Shown here piece after piece: positions 1-8,359 of a DNA stretch of 64,000 bases (position 1 is the stretch's first letter; the number at the start of each line of letters is the position of its first letter). The notes below the pieces were generated by a model. That model searched no databases, had not been told where the DNA came from, and worked only from the letters and a program-made list of their open reading frames with translations. This DNA is from Candidatus Omnitrophota bacterium (GTDB lineage: Bacteria > Omnitrophota > Gorgyraeia > Gygaellales > Profunditerraquicolaceae), in the NCBI GenBank assembly GCA_030650425.1, contig JAUSED010000009.1:223002-287001 (forward strand), written 5' to 3'. The translations under genes were made by a program, and so were the position numbers.

Positions 1-222
1 ATCATATAGATAATCCCAAATCCCGGGAGCAACCTTGATTATACCCATATAGATGCTATTGACTATTTTTTCAGCGACCGGATTTGTGTAATTAAAGGCA
101 TTGATATTTGATATTTCGGCGCATGGATCCAAGAGCTTTACCGCTTTTTCAATAGCCAAAGTCGCGTTGTGATGCCCGGATACTTCCGAAATATACATCA
201 AAACTATACGTTTAGAATGCAT
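1..222 (-). CDS. Glycosyltransferase, MGDG synthase/UgtP-like, N-terminal part (runs off the window edge)
   Basis: Hand translation from ATG at 222: MHSKRIVLMYISEVSGHHNATLAIEKAVKLLDP...YMGIIKVAPGIWDYLYD; the GH motif and pattern fit the GT28/MGDG-synthase N-terminus; not in the ORF track. Confidence 0.7.
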   Translation of the reverse strand, partial: MHSKRIVLMYISEVSGHHNATLAIEKAVKLLDPCAEISNINAFNYTNPVAEKIVNSIYMGIIKVAPGIWDYLYD

Positions 223-229
223 AGGGATT

Positions 230-1396
230 TTAGAATTTCCCTTCCTGAGCTAATTCCAGAAATGCTTCTGTCACGCGAGGATTAAATTGCAGATGATTAT
301 ACTTCTTAATTTCTTTGATCGCGTCATTTTTGTAGAGGGCGCTCCGATACGGCCTATCCGAAGTCATCGCGTCAAAAGAATCTGCTACGGATATTATGGA
401 AGCGATCAAAGGAATTTGATCACCCTTTAATCCGTCAGGATAACCCCGGCCATCAGGCCGCTCATGATGGTATTTTATCCCCGCTAAAGAATGCTCCAGT
501 TCCTTTATCGGCTTAAGGATGGTTACGCCAATCATAGGATGCTCTTTGATTTTATTCCTTTCGCCCAAGGTAAGGCTGCTTCTCTTGTTCAGGATTTGTT
601 CGGGAACGCCGATCTTTCCGATATCATGCAAGAGGCTGGCTATGTGCAGGCTTTCGATAAACCTGCTATCGATGGATTTCCTGTTTTTTTGGGCAAGTTT
701 TTTAGCTATTTCAATACTTAAATTAGTTACCCGCGTGGTATGGCCGTGCGTATAGTTATCTTTCGCTTCGATGGCAGCGACAAGGGCGATAGTCGTGCGC
801 ATAAAAAGCTGATGCTTTTTATCCAGCTCGGATTTTAACTCTCTAAAGAGATTGGCGTTCCTGATGGCCATGGACATATTCGAAGCCAGGGCGACAAAAA
901 AATCCAACTCCCGGCCATTGAACCTGCTTCCGTCCTTTTTCTTACCCAACAGCAATATTCCTAATAGTTCATCCCGGTAGTAACTTGGGACGCAGGCAAC
1001 GGTCTCAAGTAACCGCACCTGATACAAAACATCCCCTAAGAGATGCCTTAGCCGCTCTTTTGTCTGGCTGCTTTTGGAGGCGCTGAGCGCGTTTTCCAAT
1101 GTTAAGACTTCGCTATTAAACAATAACCTGTTATCACGTTCCCGGAAGAAACGAATCAGAGAATCATCCTTATCAAAACAGGCCAGGCCTACGGGTATTT
1201 TTTTAGCCAAAGAGCCGCCGGAAACAGTCAACACATACGCCTGCCTCTCCGGTTTATAAAGCAGGATACTGGCGTGCTCGACCTTTATCTTATCAAGCAT
1301 CATACGCACGATTATTTTGATAAGCAGATCCGGATCATGCACGAAAATCATATTCCGCGCGGCAGTCTCTAGTTCTTTTTTGAAATCGATAGGCAT
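230..1396 (-). CDS. GAF + HD-GYP domain protein (putative c-di-GMP phosphodiesterase)
   Basis: GAF-like region (LLGILLLGKKKDGSRFNGRELDFFVALA), KDNYTHGH, LHDIGKIG, HHERPDGRGYPDGL, VADSFDAMTSDRPYR. Confidence 0.9.
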   Translation of the reverse strand: MPIDFKKELETAARNMIFVHDPDLLIKIIVRMMLDKIKVEHASILLYKPERQAYVLTVSGGSLAKKIPVGLACFDKDDSLIRFFRERDNRLLFNSEVLTLENALSASKSSQTKERLRHLLGDVLYQVRLLETVACVPSYYRDELLGILLLGKKKDGSRFNGRELDFFVALASNMSMAIRNANLFRELKSELDKKHQLFMRTTIALVAAIEAKDNYTHGHTTRVTNLSIEIAKKLAQKNRKSIDSRFIESLHIASLLHDIGKIGVPEQILNKRSSLTLGERNKIKEHPMIGVTILKPIKELEHSLAGIKYHHERPDGRGYPDGLKGDQIPLIASIISVADSFDAMTSDRPYRSALYKNDAIKEIKKYNHLQFNPRVTEAFLELAQEGKF

Positions 1397-1406
1397 AATA
1401 GATTCT

Positions 1407-1601
1407 ATCCGTAGGGGACACTTTCCTTTATAGGGCTTCGCGATAGCGCTGATGGAAAGTGTCCCCGCGGGTTAGTCGCAGAGGACACTTTCCTTTTAAA
1501 GGTTCCATTATTGCCCTGACGGAAAATGTCCCCTTCTGCTAGGGTTTGGAAAATGTCCCCTACTGTTGGGGTTTGGAAAATGTCCCCTACTCCTAGGGTT
1601 T
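1407..1601. repeat. REP-like cluster: two inverted doublets GGGGACACTTTCC-N27-GGAAA(G/A)TGTCCCC plus a 3 x 27-bp tandem array
   Basis: Arms at 1414-1426/1454-1466 and 1481-1493/1521-1533; tandem units GGAAAATGTCCCCTnCTnnTnGGGTTT at 1521, 1548 and 1575. Confidence 0.9.
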
Positions 1602-1840
1602 TAATTCTCTTCTATGGTTCCCAACACATCCCCCACATTCGCCGCTGATCCTTCAACGATCAGGATCTCCGATAACCTCCCCGAGCAAGGACTTGGTAAA
1701 TTAAATGTAGCCTTGTCGGTAGTGAGTTCTATCAAATCGTCTTTCTCACTCACTTTTTCTCCGACCTTGAAATACCAGTAGGAGACCATTGCCTTTCGCA
1801 CTCCTTCACTTAACTCGGGTAAAATTATTTTGGTAGACAT
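1601..1840 (-). CDS. Stand-alone lipoyl domain protein
   Basis: 79 aa; IILPELSEG, ELTTDKAT (lipoyl-Lys motif), LPSPCSGRL, VGDVLGTI; good SD AAGGAG. Confidence 0.88.
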   Translation of the reverse strand: MSTKIILPELSEGVRKAMVSYWYFKVGEKVSEKDDLIELTTDKATFNLPSPCSGRLSEILIVEGSAANVGDVLGTIEEN

Positions 1841-1858
1841 TTTATCTTCTCCTTAATA

Positions 1859-2740
1859 CTATGCCTCTCTCCATGCAACTATCTGTTTGCTTAAAAACTG
1901 CACATTAGACAACGCGTCTTCTATCTGGTCAAGATTAAAGCTAATATTAACGCTTCCCGCCAACGTCGTATCTGCTTGGGCGGAGCTCTCGGCGACAATG
2001 GCACCATTGGTGGTCACATTACCAGTCATCGTCAATGTCCCGATAACGTAGATTATGCCGTTAAAGATCACCGTTCCGGAAAATTTCGCGTTGCCGTTTA
2101 TAACCAGAATACCGCTTCCGTTAAGATTACCGGCTATATCCAAGGTGTGGCCCGAAGAAACATCTACCCAAGTTATACCGTCAACAGGCGTATTAAACGT
2201 ACTATCGGTGTACAGATGAGCCGCGTCAGCTTTCATCGTTGTTTTTGAAATACCAAACATATTGGTAAAATTAATAGTATTATCCTCTTCTTTATACGTA
2301 CCGTTGATCGTGACAGCGCTACCATGGATTTCCAATTCGGCAGTTGTGTCTATGGCATAAGGAAACTTTGAGCTATCCATACCCGCTGTCTTTACTGTGG
2401 CGGTCAAAGTCCTGCTTATGCTAGGGCCGCTCGGCAAGCTTACTGTCCCGATAGAAGTTACGGTCCAATAATTATTTGTACCCAGCACAGGTTGCACAAT
2501 AGCACTAAAAGTATAATTATCCCCGCCAAGTTGTTCCGGGCCTACTCCGCTAAGCCCGGGGTTAGCCTTTACAGTAGCAATACCTGCTTCAGCCAGCCAA
2601 AAGGCGCGCATAGAATTAATATATCTATTGGCTAATTGGTTTTCATTTACAGCCTTAAGATAGAGCGCCGCCAGTAGAATAGAAAGAACCAAGGTTACTA
2701 GGAGTGAAAAAACCAGAACTACGCCTTTACGTTTATCCAT
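1859..2740 (-). CDS. PilX-like type IV pilus minor pilin/assembly protein
   Basis: KRKG|VVLVFSLLV prepilin-like helix lacking E5, followed by RAFWLAEAGI (PilX N-terminal signature); Gly/Thr-rich beta-type C-terminus. Confidence 0.75.
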   Translation of the reverse strand: MDKRKGVVLVFSLLVTLVLSILLAALYLKAVNENQLANRYINSMRAFWLAEAGIATVKANPGLSGVGPEQLGGDNYTFSAIVQPVLGTNNYWTVTSIGTVSLPSGPSISRTLTATVKTAGMDSSKFPYAIDTTAELEIHGSAVTINGTYKEEDNTINFTNMFGISKTTMKADAAHLYTDSTFNTPVDGITWVDVSSGHTLDIAGNLNGSGILVINGNAKFSGTVIFNGIIYVIGTLTMTGNVTTNGAIVAESSAQADTTLAGSVNISFNLDQIEDALSNVQFLSKQIVAWREA

Positions 2741-3371
2741 TTCTTATCTTTACCAGTTCAAATAAATTGTAAGTTGTATTTTGACCGCCAATCACCTGGT
2801 TTTGCCCGAATATCCGAATAACGATCTGTTTGCTGGTGCCTAAATCAGTCGCGTTTAATGGAACAATTTGCCCGCCAGAATCTAAAGTATTAAAAAGATA
2901 TTGGTTAACCGGAATATCAATATAATTAAAAGTCCACGTCTTAATTTGGGCTGGATCAGCCGGATCCGGCCCGCTGCGGGTAATTATTTTTTGAGCGGCA
3001 TCATAAGTATATTCCACGTAATAGTCGCTCAATAAAAACGTATTATTCACGGTATCCCAGCCGGTGACCTGCTTGAACTTGATATGTGAACTATTGGGAT
3101 TGTTAGCGACTTTAGCAATTTCCCAATTTACGGTCTGGTGGACATCTTTGACTATCCAATCCATCGCGCGCCTTACCTCTCCCTGAAGTTCAGCTCTTGC
3201 CGAACTTAAATTGAATGAAAGATTACCGGCGTTCATAGCATAAAATAATACAGCCATAATCACGCTTAAGATAGCGGCAACCAGGAGCATCTCAATTAAG
3301 GTCGTGCCCCTTAGTTTATTCTTGAGCGAAACGGGTAGTAAGCGTAAAGGCCCTTGTCTCATTTCTCTCAT
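2733..3371 (-). CDS. PilW-like minor pilin (start uncertain, 3362 or 3371)
   Basis: LRG|TTLIEMLLVAAILSVI class III signal with E5; Thr rather than Phe at +1. Confidence 0.72.
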   Translation of the reverse strand: MREMRQGPLRLLPVSLKNKLRGTTLIEMLLVAAILSVIMAVLFYAMNAGNLSFNLSSARAELQGEVRRAMDWIVKDVHQTVNWEIAKVANNPNSSHIKFKQVTGWDTVNNTFLLSDYYVEYTYDAAQKIITRSGPDPADPAQIKTWTFNYIDIPVNQYLFNTLDSGGQIVPLNATDLGTSKQIVIRIFGQNQVIGGQNTTYNLFELVKIRNG

Positions 3372-3687
3372 TCCAGACGACCTGCACAGTTATTGTATCT
3401 AAGGTTGAGGTATATATAGGGTTAGGAAAAGTAATGCTTTCACCGGCTAAATTCGTAAAGGTAGTATTATAGTTTCCGATATAGGTTTGGATGTCATTGA
3501 AATCCTGCTCCTTTATCTGCTCCAACGCGTATTGCGCATCATTGGCTGCGATAACACGGTTTCTGCTGGATTCATTCAGTAACATAGAATTGATAAATGC
3601 GAATAATGCTGAAATGCTGATGATCAATAAAATAACCACACCGCACATTAACTCAATTAATGAAAAGCCTCTGTCTCCTGATCGCAT
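3316..3687 (-). CDS. PilV-like minor pilin
   Basis: DRG|FSLIELMCGVVILLII N-methylation motif; AANDAQYALEQIK; ITVQVVW. Confidence 0.8.
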   Translation of the reverse strand: MRSGDRGFSLIELMCGVVILLIISISALFAFINSMLLNESSRNRVIAANDAQYALEQIKEQDFNDIQTYIGNYNTTFTNLAGESITFPNPIYTSTLDTITVQVVWNERNETRAFTLTTRFAQE

Positions 3688-3700
3688 AATCTATCCCATT

Positions 3701-3775
3701 AGATTCTTCGCCCTTCGGGCTCAGAATGACACCATGACACGGTCTGAATGACATTATGACACAGTCTAAAATGAC
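3701..3775 (-). repeat. REP-like hairpin plus about 2.5 copies of a 22-bp tandem repeat
   Basis: Minus strand 3730-3701 GTC-ATTCT-GA-GCCC-GAA-GGGC-GA-AGAAT-CT; tandem units at 3721, 3743 and 3765 (the last overlaps the lipB stop). Confidence 0.8.
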
Positions 3776-4560
3776 GGCTCGGCAACAGACCTATTAGCTA
3801 ATAAACTAATAAACGACTTCTTTACCTGTTCAACGTTGGTCTCTTTCCCTGTTTCCGATTCAACAGATGTTACCATTATATCCATACCGCAGGGCCTAAT
3901 CAAGGAAAAATTGATTAGGTCATCGCGTTTGATATTGATACTAAAGCCATGGAAACTAATCCAATTTCTTACGGCAATCCCGATAGAAGCTATTTTGCGC
4001 TTACCAACCCAGACACCGGTTAACCCTTCTTTTCTTTCTCCTCCGATTCCAAAGTCCTTCAAACCAAAAATGATTAATCCTTCAAGGTATCTTAAAAACC
4101 AGTGGATATCTTTCTTAAGGTAATTTAAATTTAATATCGGATAAACCGTTAACTGGCCCGGGCCATGATAGGTCACATCTCCTCCCCGTTCAACTTCATA
4201 AACAGCTATCTTTTTTCGGTCCAGTTCTATTTCTTTCGCGAGAATATTTGCTTTAAGGCCGCTTCTGCCGATAGTAATCACCGGATTATGCCGACAGATA
4301 AGTAAGGCGTGCTTCAGGCGCCCAGATTTCACTTCGGCAAATAGCTCTTTTTGCTTCTGCCAGGCGGTGTCAAAATCAACCAACCCGGGATCGATAATTT
4401 TTAAATTCATGATGGGACTATTGCGAAATGCCCGACTTTGCGTCATTCTGAGGCCGAAGGCCGAAGAATCTCGTCGATAACGAGATCCTTCCCCTTCCCC
4501 TTCACTTCGTTCAGGGTCAGGGTCAGGATGACGAAAAATGGCATTTCGCAATAGTCCCAT
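3766..4560 (-). CDS. lipB: Lipoyl(octanoyl) transferase; conserved core starts at 4410 (MNLKII), first 50 codons come from an inserted element
   Basis: HNPVITIGR, VERGGDVTYHGPGQL, KIASIG, HGFSIN, IRPCG. Confidence 0.93.
   Translation of the reverse strand: MGLLRNAIFRHPDPDPERSEGEGEGSRYRRDSSAFGLRMTQSRAFRNSPIMNLKIIDPGLVDFDTAWQKQKELFAEVKSGRLKHALLICRHNPVITIGRSGLKANILAKEIELDRKKIAVYEVERGGDVTYHGPGQLTVYPILNLNYLKKDIHWFLRYLEGLIIFGLKDFGIGGERKEGLTGVWVGKRKIASIGIAVRNWISFHGFSINIKRDDLINFSLIRPCGMDIMVTSVESETGKETNVEQVKKSFISLLANRSVAEPSF
4414..4558. mobile_element. 145-bp MITE-like element carrying an internal REP doublet
   Basis: Perfect 19-bp TIRs GGGACTATTGCGAAATGCC (4414-4432, 4540-4558); direct repeat ATGAT at 4409-4413 and 4559-4563; internal inverted REP-like units 4442-4472 and 4482-4532. 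Confidence 0.85.
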
Positions 4561-4562
4561 GA

Positions 4563-5855
4563 TTATTCCAGCGCTTCGGAGATTGATTCGGAAAGAGTAG
4601 GGTGGGCGAATATGCTTTGACGAAGATTTTTTATACTAAGAGAGTTTGCTACAGCTAAAGTTAGAATCCCGATTAATTCCGTGGCTTTTGGCCCGATAAT
4701 CGAAGCGCCTAAAACTATCCCGGAATTTTGGCCTGAAATAATCTTTATAAATCCTTCCGCTTCATCCAATATGCGAGCCATCCCTGAACCCAGAAAATCG
4801 AATTTGTGGATATCCACACTTAGTCCGTTGGCTATGGCTTTATCTTCGCTCAGGCCTATAGAGGCAATCTCAGGATCGGTAAAAATACAACTCGGTACGC
4901 ATGCCGCTGCGGCGCTCTTGCGATTATCTGGTTGGGCTATATTCTGTGCTGCTAAACGACCCTGGAAACTCGCAAGGTGGGCGAGCATTATTTTGGAAGC
5001 GCAATCACCCGCGGCGTAAATATTATTTATATTCGTGCAAAGATAATCATCGGTAATAATTCTACTCCTCTCTAACTTTAGCCCTAATTTCTCCAAACCT
5101 AAGCCCTCTGTCCGGGGAACCCTGCCCACGCAAACTAAAATAATATCAAAATCATCCGGATTTAAGCTGGAAGCGTCGGTAGCCGTATTTATCTTAATCC
5201 CTTTCTTCTTAAAAATATTTTCCAGCTTCCTGGCGGTTTCTTTATCCTCTCCCGGCAGAAGCTGGGGCATTTTTTCAACGACGGTTACTTTTGATCCCAG
5301 ACTCAAGAAAAGACTGGCGAACTCGCAGCCAATAACTCCTCCTCCGACAATCAAGAGAGAACCGGGGATAGCTTTAAGCGAGAGTATTTCATTGCTTGAG
5401 AGTATTTTCTTAGCATCAAACTTAAATTGCGGTAATTCGTAAGGCATAGAACCCGCGGCAATAAGAATATTCTTAGCCTGAACCGGGCTGCTCCCGGAAA
5501 CCTTTATTTCATTAGCTGATAAGATCTGTGCTTCTGCGGATAGAAAATCAATATCCTTAAGCATGGAGCGCATGCCCAGCCTAAGCTGTTGGATGATTTT
5601 ATCTTTTCTTTCCTGAATCTTGACAAAATCAATCGCAGGCACAGAAGTGTTTATACCGAACGCGGAAGATTTTTTGACGAGATTAAATACCTTCGCGGAT
5701 TGAATGAGGGCTTTGGTAGGGATACAACCTAGATTCAGGCACGTTCCGCCGATCTCCGATTTATCAATGAGAACAGTTTGAAGGCCTAATTTTCTTGCTT
5801 TTAGGCCCGCGTTAAAACCAGCCCAGCCTGCGCCGATTATCGCTAAATCATACAT
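4563..5855 (-). CDS. lpdA: Dihydrolipoamide dehydrogenase
   Basis: GAGWAG FAD motif, GGTCLNLGCIPTK disulfide, GGGVIGCE, HPTLSE. Confidence 0.92.
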   Translation of the reverse strand: MYDLAIIGAGWAGFNAGLKARKLGLQTVLIDKSEIGGTCLNLGCIPTKALIQSAKVFNLVKKSSAFGINTSVPAIDFVKIQERKDKIIQQLRLGMRSMLKDIDFLSAEAQILSANEIKVSGSSPVQAKNILIAAGSMPYELPQFKFDAKKILSSNEILSLKAIPGSLLIVGGGVIGCEFASLFLSLGSKVTVVEKMPQLLPGEDKETARKLENIFKKKGIKINTATDASSLNPDDFDIILVCVGRVPRTEGLGLEKLGLKLERSRIITDDYLCTNINNIYAAGDCASKIMLAHLASFQGRLAAQNIAQPDNRKSAAAACVPSCIFTDPEIASIGLSEDKAIANGLSVDIHKFDFLGSGMARILDEAEGFIKIISGQNSGIVLGASIIGPKATELIGILTLAVANSLSIKNLRQSIFAHPTLSESISEALE

Positions 5856-6771
5856 AAGAAAACTGCTCGGTTAATTTCCGGATAGATGCAGCTGAATTTA
5901 ATAGCTCTTTCTGCTCGCCCTCGCTTAAATCCAACTCTATTATTTTTTCAATCCCGCTTTTACCCAGCCGAACTGGCACGCCAATGCAAATATCCTTAAT
6001 CCCATATTCACCGTTTAGATACGCGCAGGCTCCCAGGATCTTCTTTTCATCTTTAGCGATAACCTTAACCATTTCAGCAACCGCGGCTGACGGCGCGAAA
6101 AAAGCGCTTCCGCTTCCTAAAAATGAGACTATTTCAGCGCCTCGCCCCACTGTTTTCCTGATAAGATCATCGACCTTTTCTTTGCTTAAGTATTCCTCAA
6201 GGCTTACCCCTTTAACTTTAGTATGCTTAACCAAAGGCAGCATACCTTCGCCATGCGCGCCAATCACTACCGCGTCTATATCCGAAGGTTCAAGGTTTAA
6301 TTCTTGAGCAATAAGGTTAGCAAATCGCGCGCTATCCAAACTAATCCCCATCCCTAAAACTCTTTTTTTTGGAAAACCGGTAACTTTGGAGGCAAGACAG
6401 GTCATCAAGTCTAAAGGATTAGTCACTACTATAACCACTGCCTGGGGAGATAATTCTTTTATCTTTAGGCAAACTTCTTTTAAGATCTGAGCATTTTTGG
6501 AGAGTAGTTCTTCGCGGGCCATCCCGGGCCTGCGCGCGAGGCCGGCGGTGATCACCACGATTTGAGAATCTTTAATGCTGTTTATATCATCGGTACCTTT
6601 GATATTATAATTAACTTTCAGGATCGCGCGGGCATCCTCTAAATCCAAAGCCTTACCTTGCGCGATACCTTTAGCAATATCAACAAGAAGGATATCTCCA
6701 AAGCCGCATTGCGCGACGCGCATTGCGCTCAAAGCGCCGACATTCCCCGCTCCGATGATGCTTATTTTCAT
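5848..6771 (-). CDS. mdh: Malate dehydrogenase (LDH-like type)
   Basis: IIGAGNVG, ITAGLARRPGM (Pro-type specificity loop), VTNPLD, LDSARF, IGAHG. Confidence 0.9.
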   Translation of the reverse strand: MKISIIGAGNVGALSAMRVAQCGFGDILLVDIAKGIAQGKALDLEDARAILKVNYNIKGTDDINSIKDSQIVVITAGLARRPGMAREELLSKNAQILKEVCLKIKELSPQAVVIVVTNPLDLMTCLASKVTGFPKKRVLGMGISLDSARFANLIAQELNLEPSDIDAVVIGAHGEGMLPLVKHTKVKGVSLEEYLSKEKVDDLIRKTVGRGAEIVSFLGSGSAFFAPSAAVAEMVKVIAKDEKKILGACAYLNGEYGIKDICIGVPVRLGKSGIEKIIELDLSEGEQKELLNSAASIRKLTEQFSYV

Positions 6772-6772
6772 T

Positions 6773-7858
6773 TTAATTTTTTATTTTTTTAATGATCGCG
6801 TCGGCCATTTCCTGGGTGCCAACTATATTAGGATCATTGGGATCAGATTTAAAATCGTAGGTTACCGAGCGGCCCTCGGCAATAACTTCACTAACCGCAT
6901 TCTCTAAATTACGGGCAGCTTTTTCTTCCTTCAGATATTCAAGCATTAACACCCCCGATAAAATCATCGCGGTAGGGTTAACCTTATTTTGGCCTTTGTA
7001 TTTCGGAGCTGAACCGTGGACTGCCTCAAATACCGCCAGATCATCTCCGATATTCGCTCCGGGGGCAATACCTAACCCTCCGATAAGCCCGGCGCATAAA
7101 TCCGAAAGTATATCTCCGTAAAGGTTAGGTAAAACTAAAACATCATAAACATTGGGCTTCTGTACCAGCTGCATGCTCATATTATCGACTATCGCTTCGT
7201 TAAAATCAATTCTACCCGCGTAATTTTGAGAGACCTGCCGCCCTACCTTCAAAAATAACCCATCAGTAAACTTCATAATGTTGGCCTTATGCACGATAGT
7301 CACCTTTTTCCGGCCGTGTTTTAAGGCATACTCGAAGGCAAACCTGACTATTCTTTCTGAAGCGCTTTTAGATATAGGCTTAATGGAAATACCCGAATCC
7401 GGCCGGATTTTCTTTTTACTCTGAGCCTCAATCTCTTGAATAAGTTTTTTTGTCTCGGGCCTGCCTTCTTCAAACTCTATACCCGCGTAAAGGTCTTCGC
7501 TATTCTCACGGACAATAACTAAGTCGATATCTTTATAAAGGCTTTTTACTCCGGGATAGGTCTTTACCGGGCGTACGCAGGCGTATAAATCTAAAGCCTG
7601 TCTTATCGCCACATTTACCGAACGAAAACCTTCTCCGATAGGCGTAATGATCGGGCCTTTCAGCGCGACTTTATTTCTTTTTATAGAATCAAGGGTCGCC
7701 TTAGGGAGCAATTCCCCTGTCTTCTCCAGGGCGTCGGAACCAGCTTCAGCCTTCTCCCAGTCAATCTTTACCCCTGTGGCCTCAACGCATCTCTTGGCGG
7801 CCAAACTCACCTCAGGGCCGATACCGTCACCGGGAATCAAAGTAATTTTATGCGGCAT
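6773..7858 (-). CDS. icd: Isocitrate/isopropylmalate dehydrogenase family protein, probably isocitrate dehydrogenase
   Basis: [53 protein letters not shown]. Confidence 0.8.
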   Translation of the reverse strand: MPHKITLIPGDGIGPEVSLAAKRCVEATGVKIDWEKAEAGSDALEKTGELLPKATLDSIKRNKVALKGPIITPIGEGFRSVNVAIRQALDLYACVRPVKTYPGVKSLYKDIDLVIVRENSEDLYAGIEFEEGRPETKKLIQEIEAQSKKKIRPDSGISIKPISKSASERIVRFAFEYALKHGRKKVTIVHKANIMKFTDGLFLKVGRQVSQNYAGRIDFNEAIVDNMSMQLVQKPNVYDVLVLPNLYGDILSDLCAGLIGGLGIAPGANIGDDLAVFEAVHGSAPKYKGQNKVNPTAMILSGVLMLEYLKEEKAARNLENAVSEVIAEGRSVTYDFKSDPNDPNIVGTQEMADAIIKKIKN

Positions 7859-8359
7859 CTAAACCTTAAGCTCTCCGTGCTTTTTGTAATAATTAATAAT
7901 CCCGCCTTCCTTAAGCAATTCCTGCATAAAATGAGGAAAAGGCTTCGCCGATAGATCGATATTTTTAGTTATATTCCTAACGATACCCTTATCTAAATCA
8001 ATGTCGATAGAATCGCTCTCATTGATTTTATCCGTATCTGTCTCGATCAGGGCTAAACCTATATTGAACGAATTGCGGTAAAATATACGTGCAAAACTCT
8101 TTGCCAGCACAGCTACAATCCCTGCCTCTTTAATCACCAAGGGGGCTTGCTCACGCGAAGAACCCATTCCGAAATTTTTTCCCGCTACGATCATAGATTC
8201 ACCCGGAGTGATCTTAGCCGGAAAATCGGGATCAATATCCTCCATAATATGCTTGGCTAACTCTTTCATATCAGTAATCGCGAACTTATATCTTCCGGAG
8301 ATAATGAAATCCGTATTAATATTATCTCCTAATTTTATGGCTTTACCTGCTAATCTCAT
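7859..8359 (-). CDS. leuD: 3-isopropylmalate dehydratase/homoaconitase-type small subunit
   Basis: DNINTDFII, GKNFGMGSSREQA, KSFARIFYRN; substrate uncertain. Confidence 0.82.
   Translation of the reverse strand: MRLAGKAIKLGDNINTDFIISGRYKFAITDMKELAKHIMEDIDPDFPAKITPGESMIVAGKNFGMGSSREQAPLVIKEAGIVAVLAKSFARIFYRNSFNIGLALIETDTDKINESDSIDIDLDKGIVRNITKNIDLSAKPFPHFMQELLKEGGIINYYKKHGELKV

Noticed and set aside
1414-1533. Integron attC sites or gene cassettes
   Set aside because: No RYYYAAC/GTTRRRY core sites, the flanking genes are housekeeping, and there is no integrase.
1521-1601. CRISPR array
   Set aside because: The constant part is only 13-14 bp, the 14-nt intervening segments are similar to each other, the units also occur inverted, and there are no cas genes or leader.
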